A DNA stretch of 37,364 nucleotides, taken from positions 1 through 37,364 of the IMG/VR virus record IMGVR_UViG_3300017783_000075; one strand, written 5' to 3'. Made by a program: the position numbers and the translations under genes. This stretch comes from a virus. Its lineage: Duplodnaviria; Caudoviricetes. Below, piece after piece: positions 26,244 to 33,957 of this stretch. The notes below the pieces were generated by a model. It worked only from the letters and a program-made list of their open reading frames with translations. It was not told the DNA's origin and did no database searches. Numbering within the stretch: the stretch's first letter is position 1; each line of letters begins with the position of its first letter.

Positions 26244-26839
26244 TAGACAACTTTTTCGGTTTCTAATTCCTCCATTATTTGAGCAGGTGACAATTGACCT
26301 TTTAAAAAGCTAATTAAATCATGCGCATATTTTTCGTGTTTTTCCATTAGTTTTAAAAGTTCTTCCTCGAATGTTTTAGGCTCTGCTACTTTCTTAGCCT
26401 CTAAAACAACTTTAAATTTACCTAAATCATCATTACTGAATAGGTTTCTATTTAGGCATTTATCCCCATTTAAAACACCATTGTTAATCTTTTTAATAGT
26501 AACAATTTTGTTCTTGGTATCCTCTCCTAATAGTTTCATTTGCACTGTTTTAGCCTTTACAATAGTCTGTAGTCTAGTTTTTACCCATTTTTTTGTAGAG
26601 GTTACAAACTCAGGAGATTCTTCCTCATACACTCTATTTAACTCCTTTGTCAGTAGTGTTTCGGCTTTTTCCTTATTAGCGTTAAAAATGTCTCTTATGA
26701 TAATATCCACCATAGAATCTTCTAATTCATTGGTTTTTATTCCACCGATTACAACATTCTTAATCTCTTTTTTTGTTGGCTTTTTTGCGCTTGTTAACTG
26801 TGCTGTTTTGACTTTTTCCATAACTCTAGTTCCTTTCAT
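26243..26839 (-). CDS. First early gene, hypothetical protein
   Basis: 198-aa K/E-rich ORF directly downstream of a strong promoter (start may be MEKV at 26821, AAGGA RBS). Confidence 0.65.
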   Translation of the reverse strand: MKGTRVMEKVKTAQLTSAKKPTKKEIKNVVIGGIKTNELEDSMVDIIIRDIFNANKEKAETLLTKELNRVYEEESPEFVTSTKKWVKTRLQTIVKAKTVQMKLLGEDTKNKIVTIKKINNGVLNGDKCLNRNLFSNDDLGKFKVVLEAKKVAEPKTFEEELLKLMEKHEKYAHDLISFLKGQLSPAQIMEELETEKVV

Positions 26840-26853
26840 TTATTTTGAGTCTA

Positions 26854-26883
26854 ATCTTAATTAGAACCCTTTCAATATGTCAA
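26854..26883 (-). promoter_or_regulatory. Strong sigma70-like early promoter
   Basis: Minus strand TTGACA-18 nt-TAAGAT. Confidence 0.6.
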
Positions 26884-27614
26884 GGACTTTTTAATTAGTT
26901 AAAAATTTAACTTTATTTAAGGTTATCAAATCACATAAAGGATTTTAAAAAAGCGATTATTTACTTAAAAGTCAATAGCTAATTTTACTTATTTACAATT
27001 AACCTAGAAAAAAATTCATTTTATGTAATTTTTTACTTGCTTTTGTCAAAAAGCTTTTAGGGGTGTCTAAATGATCCATAGAGCCAATATTTTAGCTGTT
27101 CATACATTTACATTAAAAACATTTCTTTCTAATGATTAGCCCTATTCTAGAGCGTTTACTCTCGACAAAATCATTCAATTTTACCTAAAACCAATTAAGC
27201 ACCTATTAAGTTATCTCCATAGTAAAGAGTAACCAATAAAACAAGTAAATTCTATTCAAGATGTAAAGATTTAATTGGGGTGTTTTGTCGTTTGTCAATA
27301 GTTAATTTGATTTTAATTTGTATAACCATAAGCCACCCACAAAAGCAACAGAAAAGATTTATTTTCTTTTTACTTGACTTTAGGCGATCCGTTCTAATTT
27401 TATTTTTATTTTTTACTTGACTTGTATTAGGGTAGGGGCGTATATTTCGGAAATTTATAAGGTGCATAGGCGTTCCCCATAAATTATTGCATAACAAACA
27501 CTTAGAGCCCACTTTATAAAAAAATCTCAAAAGAAAGTCCTTTAAAAGCTAACGCTTTTATGTTATGTATTGTATAGTAGTAGGAGTGCCTTATTAGGAT
27601 TTAGGTTAAATCTC

Positions 27615-27643
27615 TTGTATAAAGATAGGAAAGTCCGTAGAAT
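27615..27643 (+). promoter_or_regulatory. Sigma70-like promoter for terS
   Basis: TTGTAT-17 nt-TAGAAT, followed by AAGGA RBS and ATG 27668. Confidence 0.55.
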
Positions 27644-27667
27644 ATACCATAATCTAAGGAAATTATT

Positions 27668-28297
27668 ATGAGTGTTACATTACCAGTTAAATGGAAACCA
27701 GAAAAATCACTAGCTATTGATATGCTAGTCTCGTCACCTGAGACATCTATACAAGAAGTTGCAGATAAGGCTGGGGTTACGAAAGCTACTATCCATAACT
27801 GGCTTAAAGATCCTGAATTTGTAGAAATTTTTTATCAGAAATATATGGTTACTTTTGGTTCTAGATTGCCAACAGTATTAAATAGTATGGTAAGAGAAGC
27901 TGAGGCGGGGAATGTACAAGCGGGGAGATTAGTACTGGAACATTCTGGGAAACTTATTAAAAGAGTTGAAGTTAATAACCATAAAAGCCCCTTTGAAAAA
28001 TTTTTGAATACCCAAGTGCCTGAAGATGTTGATATATACGATGAGGTGGAGATACTCCCACAAAGACCTATAGTACCAGAAAAACCAGTAGTAATAACAC
28101 CTCAACAAGAAAAGCGAGAGTTAAAAAAGAATTTAAAAAAGAATGAGAAACGAAGAGAGGCTAGAAAGTGGAGGGCTAGAGCTGATGCCGTAGGTATTAG
28201 TAGACCAGAAAAAGGAAGACAAACACCTGCACAGCGTAAAGCATGGCAAGATAAAATTGAAAGAAAAGAAAAAGCCCTAGGTATCGAATCTTTTTAA
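27668..28297 (+). CDS. terS: Terminase small subunit-like HTH protein
   Basis: SIQEVADKAGVTKATIHNWLKDPEF HTH, then EAEAGNVQAGRLVLE oligomerisation-type helix and basic C-terminus. Confidence 0.65.
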   Translation: MSVTLPVKWKPEKSLAIDMLVSSPETSIQEVADKAGVTKATIHNWLKDPEFVEIFYQKYMVTFGSRLPTVLNSMVREAEAGNVQAGRLVLEHSGKLIKRVEVNNHKSPFEKFLNTQVPEDVDIYDEVEILPQRPIVPEKPVVITPQQEKRELKKNLKKNEKRREARKWRARADAVGISRPEKGRQTPAQRKAWQDKIERKEKALGIESF

Positions 28298-28423
28298 GAA
28301 TGTCTTTGTGTCGTAAGACTTACATTCTGGACAAACTTGTTCCCTATCAGCTCCAACGGCTAATACTTCCCATGTCCATCTACATCTAAGGCAGATACAA
28401 TTTAATACATTAAACTTATTCAT
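28277..28423 (-). CDS. Small Zn-ribbon protein (48 aa)
   Basis: Not in ORF track. CLRCRWTWE..CPECKS; ATGA-coupled to the upstream minus-strand gene. Confidence 0.55.
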   Translation of the reverse strand: MNKFNVLNCICLRCRWTWEVLAVGADREQVCPECKSYDTKTFLKRFDT

Positions 28424-28887
28424 ATAAATATACTATCATCTATTTCCATTGATTCAGGCACTAACTGACAGTAGCAGTTATCCTTGCAAAGACTCCAACC
28501 AGATCCTGGCATCCCTCGTTGTTCCCAGTTTTCCCAAGTATCAACCTCACCTGCTACACTTTGACAGTCGTCACAAATATTTTTAGATACTGCAATCCAT
28601 CTTAAGCCTTCCCCCATTTCTCCCGATCTGCGGAATGCTTGATTAATTCCTCCAACAACTCCTCGTTTAATTGAATTTCTGAGTTCTCCGAAGATTCTAC
28701 CATAGGACATAAAGTCTTGCTCAAGAACCCCAATAATTGATTGTTCATCAAGACCACTTCTTCTAAGCCTTTCAACTTGTTGTCTAATCCTTTGATTGAA
28801 AATTCTAGAGTCGTAAGACATTCCAGAAGCAATCTCAGTAAGTAATCTTCTATCTCTTTCATCTAGTTCAGTCCCTTCTTTTGCCAT
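28420..28887 (-). CDS. Minor head protein (MuF/SPP1 gp7-like C-terminal Cys domain)
   Basis: RWIAV..ICDDC..AGEV..PGSGWSLC..NCYCQLVP; downstream of portal. Confidence 0.65.
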   Translation of the reverse strand: MAKEGTELDERDRRLLTEIASGMSYDSRIFNQRIRQQVERLRRSGLDEQSIIGVLEQDFMSYGRIFGELRNSIKRGVVGGINQAFRRSGEMGEGLRWIAVSKNICDDCQSVAGEVDTWENWEQRGMPGSGWSLCKDNCYCQLVPESMEIDDSIFI

Positions 28888-28921
28888 AATCTACTCCTGA
28901 GTTTTTATATAATACAATAAT

Positions 28922-29344
28922 TTATTTTTTTAGTGCTTTTTTTACGCTTTTAATAAAGTTTTTTTGAATTTCTTTTTTATTTTTTATTGTAACAGAAATA
29001 AAAGGTCTTGCTTCTATTTTAATATTAGGAATCATAGATTTTTTATCAGTTGTAAACCCATCGTTATGCAGTTTTCCATAAGATAACATTTCTAAAGAAT
29101 CTTTATTTGTCTTTATGCTTTTGTATAAAGCACCAGATGCTTTTAAAGCTGGAGTTTGCCTTTGACCTCGTTTTTTTCTTATTTCTTTTGTTAGTGGAGA
29201 TAGTTTTCTTAATCCTCTGTCAATTTTTTGCTTAGAATCTTGCTCTGACTTAGTAGCATAAGCTGAAGATACTTCATCAAGTATTTCCCAAGTTTTACTT
29301 TGCAGTTTCTTAAAACTAAAGTTTTTTGTTATTTTTAATTCCAT
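28922..29344 (-). CDS. Virion morphogenesis protein (Mu gpG-like)
   Basis: LSPLT..RK..LKASGALYKSI..YGKLHNDG..IEARPFI. Confidence 0.7.
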   Translation of the reverse strand: MELKITKNFSFKKLQSKTWEILDEVSSAYATKSEQDSKQKIDRGLRKLSPLTKEIRKKRGQRQTPALKASGALYKSIKTNKDSLEMLSYGKLHNDGFTTDKKSMIPNIKIEARPFISVTIKNKKEIQKNFIKSVKKALKK

Positions 29345-29549
29345 CCCAAAACTCCTCTCCTAGTTCTTTTGCTTCTAGATACTTACTTAGATTGTCATAA
29401 ACACCTTGCTTTACTTGTTGTTCAGCCCACTTAGTAGGGTTTTCCATTACATCTTTTAAAGTCCCTGTAAAATTAATCTCCAGATTGTTGATCTTGTCTA
29501 GCTTCTTGACGGAACTGCGTAAATATTGACTGTTCTCCTTCTTGCTCAT
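29316..29549 (-). CDS. Hypothetical protein overlapping the portal 3' end
   Basis: MSKKENSQYL... with GGAG upstream (track start 29567). Confidence 0.5.
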   Translation of the reverse strand: MSKKENSQYLRSSVKKLDKINNLEINFTGTLKDVMENPTKWAEQQVKQGVYDNLSKYLEAKELGEEFWDGIKNNKKL

Positions 29550-30792
29550 TCGTACTCCTATTTTCATCTATAATTGATTGTGCTTGTGCTATCGTGAGGT
29601 CTTTGTTATCTCTAGCCATTATCTTAGCTCTAGTAATAAGATTGTTATTTATATCAAATTCATCTTTAAGAATCTGGTCTTGAACTGTTTTTGGATACTC
29701 AACTTCTTCAAAGTCAACTCCAAACTCTTCAGGCAGTGATATACCATTGTATTCAGCGATAACTCTTTCTACATCATAAAAGTCTTTTTCATACATTCTC
29801 CAAAGAGCAATATCATCATAGTAGTCTTCTTTTCTCTCCATATCTTTAATCATAAGGGAGATACCACTAGGGACTTCCCCACCAGACTCAGCCCAAGTAA
29901 TCCACAGGTGATTATTTGTAGCAACTAATTCCATTTGGAATTTGATATTATTAATAGCCTCATCTATATTGCCTTGAGGGCTTGTAATATTGTAAGCACC
30001 ATCTTCACCCATATCAAGAATAGTATTAGAGCCTGACCTTAACATGCTTTGGTCTGCATTTAAACCTGTAACCCAAGGTTGACCAAACATATTAAACCTC
30101 ATTCCTAGGTTCATTTCAGTCAAAGCAATATTAACTTGTTCGTTGCAATTAATAATGTCAGATGCTCCCTCTACAAAGAAAGAGTCTATCTGATCTTCCC
30201 TATGAGTAAATACAAAAGGTAGGATGCCATATGGATTAGGAGATTCAGAAATCATATTACCTTCTTCATCCATGATGCCATAATTATTCTTATCCCAATA
30301 CTCCCACTGTAACCCCTCTGTATTTGAAAGGTCTGATGTGCTATTTAATAATGGATAAATAATAGTACTAGGTTCAAATGGATTATCTTCAAAGTATGCT
30401 TCAAAATAATATATTGGTCTATAGTCAAAATAACCATCTCTCCAATGAACTCTATTTGCTACAGTCCCTAATAATCTAGTCATTCTTTCAGAATGTTTCA
30501 TGCGGACATTTTTTGTTTGGATAAGCTGTTGATACACTTCGCTATTATCGCCTGTTGTTCTTTTTGCCCCTAAACTATAAATTCTGCTAATTTTATTTAT
30601 AAATTTTCTAGTAAAATTAGTTAAACTAGGAGGTATTTCACTAAAAGCATCTCCATTAAAATAATTGTTAATGTATTGGTCTGTAGAAATTCCTGAATAG
30701 TAGTCAAGGTGTTTTCTAATTTCATTTCGCCTTTGGTGTGCCATCATCAACTTAGTTTCTATTAACTTATCTTTTATCATCTGGTTTATCAT
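29473..30792 (-). CDS. Portal protein (SPP1 gp6-like)
   Basis: DYYSG, NPYGILPFV, SGISL motifs; 439 aa directly downstream of terL. Confidence 0.85.
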   Translation of the reverse strand: MINQMIKDKLIETKLMMAHQRRNEIRKHLDYYSGISTDQYINNYFNGDAFSEIPPSLTNFTRKFINKISRIYSLGAKRTTGDNSEVYQQLIQTKNVRMKHSERMTRLLGTVANRVHWRDGYFDYRPIYYFEAYFEDNPFEPSTIIYPLLNSTSDLSNTEGLQWEYWDKNNYGIMDEEGNMISESPNPYGILPFVFTHREDQIDSFFVEGASDIINCNEQVNIALTEMNLGMRFNMFGQPWVTGLNADQSMLRSGSNTILDMGEDGAYNITSPQGNIDEAINNIKFQMELVATNNHLWITWAESGGEVPSGISLMIKDMERKEDYYDDIALWRMYEKDFYDVERVIAEYNGISLPEEFGVDFEEVEYPKTVQDQILKDEFDINNNLITRAKIMARDNKDLTIAQAQSIIDENRSTNEQEGEQSIFTQFRQEARQDQQSGD

Positions 30793-32102
30793 CTTTGTAT
30801 CCTTTTCATTTCTCTATTCCTCATTGGAAATCTATTTATAATAAAATACCTAAAAGCATCGTTTCCGTGATCATGGTATCCATCTTTAATTGGTTCTTCT
30901 TTAATTGGTTTACCCTCTTCGGACTCAGGGTATCTATACTCTTCAAAATCTTCTATCATCTCTTTACAGGAACTGTGGACATGCACTCTTCTTACTCCGT
31001 CAGCACTTTCAAAAAACCCCCTAGTGTAAGATACGCTGTTAACAATATTCCTACTATTTCTATCTTTAGTTGATAGCACTCTTATTCCACTTCTCCTAAA
31101 TATCTCCATGTCTCCTGCTCCGCTCTGACCTTGAACATTAGCACCTGCGGGATCACCATAGTAAGACATAACAGGGTAGCCCTTAACTTTAATCATCTTA
31201 ATTAGGTCTTCAGTTTTAATATTATTTTTATGAAGTATGGTGTCAAACACCCTTATATGCTCAAGCTCACCATCGTATTGTGTCTGTATAAATAAAACAG
31301 CAGGTTGCCTGTATCCAAAATCTATTGCACAGAATGTAGGCAGATTAGGATCATATGGATAATGCCCTACATCTAATTCTCTATTAAAATCCCAAACCTT
31401 TCCTTCAAATACAGAAAACTCTGCACCAAACTCTTGACCAAAAAGTTCTTTAGACATATTTCTTTTTCTTTCAATAATAGCAGGATCTTCTAGTCCTAAT
31501 GGAAATTCATGCTGATTAACCCAAGATGGTGAAGTGTGACTTTCCCACATAGGATCATCTCTTCCTAATTTAAACAAATCATATATCCAGTTTCTACCTT
31601 CTGGTGTAGTAATAAAAATAACCTTTCCTTTTCTACCTGCAACTGTAGGGGATAAATACATATCCCAAATCTTTTTATTCATCTTAGCAACCTCGTCAAT
31701 TACAAGTAGGTCAAGACCTTCTCCCACTAAACTTGATGGATTATCTGCTGACATTCCTTCTACAGTAGTTCCCCACTTAAAACGAATATACATGTCTTTC
31801 TCAGATGCCTTATCAACATCTTCGGGATGCCCAATAACCATCCTTTGCCATATCTCACGGAAAATAAGCCTAGCTTTCTTGTAAGACATTCCAACAACCC
31901 AAATTCTTTTATCAGGTTGAGATGCTACATAGGTAGCTTCCATAGCACTAGCCCAAGTTTTACCAAATCTTCTCCCGCATACTACAACTTGAAATCTAGC
32001 ATCTTGTTTTTCGGGGAAGTGTAGTGGCACTTGTCCGTTATGTGGCTTGTATTCTAAGTAATCAAACCATTTTTTCTTAAATTCGTAATTTTTTTCTTGC
32101 AT
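30789..32102 (-). CDS. terL: Terminase large subunit
   Basis: Walker A CGRRFGKT, Walker B LVIDE, TTPEG, RNase H-like IDFG..GDPAG..DHGNDAFRY. Confidence 0.95.
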   Translation of the reverse strand: MQEKNYEFKKKWFDYLEYKPHNGQVPLHFPEKQDARFQVVVCGRRFGKTWASAMEATYVASQPDKRIWVVGMSYKKARLIFREIWQRMVIGHPEDVDKASEKDMYIRFKWGTTVEGMSADNPSSLVGEGLDLLVIDEVAKMNKKIWDMYLSPTVAGRKGKVIFITTPEGRNWIYDLFKLGRDDPMWESHTSPSWVNQHEFPLGLEDPAIIERKRNMSKELFGQEFGAEFSVFEGKVWDFNRELDVGHYPYDPNLPTFCAIDFGYRQPAVLFIQTQYDGELEHIRVFDTILHKNNIKTEDLIKMIKVKGYPVMSYYGDPAGANVQGQSGAGDMEIFRRSGIRVLSTKDRNSRNIVNSVSYTRGFFESADGVRRVHVHSSCKEMIEDFEEYRYPESEEGKPIKEEPIKDGYHDHGNDAFRYFIINRFPMRNREMKRIQR

Positions 32103-32116
32103 TAGATTACTTTGAT

Positions 32117-32145
32117 AACTTACATTATACCATATCTTAATGCAA
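32117..32145 (-). promoter_or_regulatory. Promoter candidate for the terL-portal operon
   Basis: Minus strand TTGCAT-17 nt-TAAGTT, plus an extended -10 TGGTATAAT within the spacer. Confidence 0.45.
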
Positions 32146-32190
32146 GAGTAATTCTTGTGTTTTAAATACTAACTCACTGAAGAGGTAAAA

Positions 32191-32688
32191 ATGTCAGAAG
32201 AAAAGACCATCGAGCCAGATGTAAAACAGGAAAACGACACTAAAGTCGAAAACAATGTACCAATAACAAGGTTGAATGAAGTGATTTCAGAAAGAAATAC
32301 TCTTCGTGAAGAAATTCAAGCTTTTAAAGAAAGTCAGGATGATCAAAAAAGAGCAAAGCTAAAAGAAGAAGAAAAATGGCAAGAGTTAAATACAGAACTT
32401 GTCAAAGAACTTGAAACCTACAAACCTTATAAAGATAAGTGGGATTCAATGGATAAAAAACTTCGGGAAGATGCTTTAGCTAGATTGCCTGAATCTAAAC
32501 GAGAAAAATTCTCCAATGTGGACACTCAAACATTGTTAAGTATTGTTGATGAGTTTACTGTAGCAAAAGAAAACCCACCTGATAGGCAGGGAACTGTGCC
32601 AACAGATAAACTCGGAAAAGTCACTGATATGAGCATGGATGAGAAGAAACGTAATTGGGGGCAAATATTAGAATCTTATAGGAGATAA
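32191..32688 (+). CDS. Capsid scaffolding protein
   Basis: Acidic coiled-coil (VPITRLNEVISERN..EEEKWQEL) immediately upstream of the major capsid gene. Confidence 0.75.
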   Translation: MSEEKTIEPDVKQENDTKVENNVPITRLNEVISERNTLREEIQAFKESQDDQKRAKLKEEEKWQELNTELVKELETYKPYKDKWDSMDKKLREDALARLPESKREKFSNVDTQTLLSIVDEFTVAKENPPDRQGTVPTDKLGKVTDMSMDEKKRNWGQILESYRR

Positions 32689-32694
32689 TAATAA

Positions 32695-33555
32695 ATGAGT
32701 TACGGAGCAATAGGGGCAGGTAATACTGGTCTAGCAGAAGTCAACGTATTTATTCCAGAGCTTTGGAGTGAATATGTATATGACTATCTAAATAGAAAAT
32801 TAGTATTTCGCCCATTAGTAGACGATTTTAGTGACCTAGTTCAAGGCAAAGGTGATGTTATCCATGTACCAATGCTTTCTGAAACTGCGGTTGAGACTAA
32901 AGCCCAAAATACAGCAATAGAATACGACATCGATGCAGGTGCTGTTGCTGACATTACAGTTAATCAACATAAGTACGTATCAAAATTATTTGAAGATATT
33001 GCAGTCATACAGGCAAATCCTGGCATGGTTGAAAAATATTCTCAAGCAATGGGATATTCACTAGCTAAAGAGATTGATGCTCATATCGCTAGTAAGTTGA
33101 TTACAGTAACATCAAGTATTACTACTGGTGATGATGATGTAATTACACAGGCTAATTTCCAAACAGCATTAGCTACACTTGGAGAAGCTGACTTAGACTA
33201 CAGAGATGGTGATCTTATGTTAGCTGTAAATCCAACAGTATATGCTGACTTACTACAAGAAGATAGATTAGTTAGGTTTGACTCAACTGGTCAAGCTAAT
33301 GGCGGTTTTTCTTCTGGTATGGTAGAAAAAGCATATGGTTTACCTGTTATAATGACTAACGCTTTAGCAACTGGTGGTACTGATGTCTGTGGAGTTATTT
33401 TCCACAAGAGTACAGCAGGATTTGCTATGCAACAGGACATTAGAATGCAGAGTGATTACTCGATTGACTATCTTGGTACTAAAGTAGTAGCAGATGCTCT
33501 TTATGGGTGTGCTTTGATTCATGCAGGTCGTGGAATCAGATTTACTAACGACTAG
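32695..33555 (+). CDS. Major capsid protein (HK97 fold, P22 coat-like)
   Basis: FIPELWS, GKGDVIHVP, GYSLAKEID, ADALYG motifs; AGGAG RBS. Confidence 0.9.
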   Translation: MSYGAIGAGNTGLAEVNVFIPELWSEYVYDYLNRKLVFRPLVDDFSDLVQGKGDVIHVPMLSETAVETKAQNTAIEYDIDAGAVADITVNQHKYVSKLFEDIAVIQANPGMVEKYSQAMGYSLAKEIDAHIASKLITVTSSITTGDDDVITQANFQTALATLGEADLDYRDGDLMLAVNPTVYADLLQEDRLVRFDSTGQANGGFSSGMVEKAYGLPVIMTNALATGGTDVCGVIFHKSTAGFAMQQDIRMQSDYSIDYLGTKVVADALYGCALIHAGRGIRFTND

Positions 33556-33570
33556 TAAATAAGTAGTATC

Positions 33571-33595
33571 GTGGGGGTGGTTAATCTGCCCCCAC
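33571..33595 (+). terminator. GC-rich hairpin after the major capsid gene (terminator or stabiliser)
   Basis: gtggggg-tggttaatctg-cccccac; lacks a clear U-tract. Confidence 0.45.
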
Positions 33596-33659
33596 AAATA
33601 ATTTCACTATGCCAAGTAATCTTGGGCGGTAAGTGATGAAAATACAAGGAGATTAAGTA

Positions 33660-33956
33660 ATGTCGAAGAGACACTTTTCAGTTTTAGAATCAAACAATGT
33701 AGCACTAGGGCAAGGCGGTTGCCTATTTGAAAGTGGCACAGATGCTATTTCAGGTAAAAAAATAGTGGCTATACAATTTTTAGAAGATACAGCATTCTCA
33801 CTATTAACACCCGCAGATAGTTCTTATATAGGTTCATCTGGTGGTAATGGAGATGCGGTAAGTTCTTCCAATACATTCCCTCAAGGAGTTACCATATTTG
33901 GTAGTTGGACTGCTTTCACTTTATCTAGTGGATCAGTTATAGCATATTTAGGCTAA
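33660..33956 (+). CDS. Small structural protein (head decoration/fibre-associated)
   Basis: 98 aa, beta-rich (AIQFLEDT..FPQGVTIFG.W..L.SGSVIAY), AAGGAG RBS, between capsid and fibre genes. Confidence 0.55.
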   Translation: MSKRHFSVLESNNVALGQGGCLFESGTDAISGKKIVAIQFLEDTAFSLLTPADSSYIGSSGGNGDAVSSSNTFPQGVTIFGSWTAFTLSSGSVIAYLG

Positions 33957-33957
33957 C

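Larger units (their letters stand above)
26840..27667. other. Large AT-rich non-coding control region (divergent promoters, possible genome terminus/packaging site)
   Basis: No credible ORF. Repeats tttttacttgactt (27367, 27410) and gtcaatagYtaattt (26971, 27294). Lies between the early operon and terS. Confidence 0.55.

Noticed and set aside
27252-27530. 92-aa minus-strand ORF in the control region
   Set aside because: TTG start without an RBS, atypical composition, and it overlaps promoter-like motifs.
26840-27667. CRISPR or mini-array in the non-coding region
   Set aside because: Repeats are 14-15 bp, occur only twice and are irregularly spaced.
32177-32210. Second hammerhead core (ctgaagag) upstream of the scaffold gene
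   Set aside because: No stem II/GAAA/stem III arrangement follows; the GAGG is simply the scaffold RBS.
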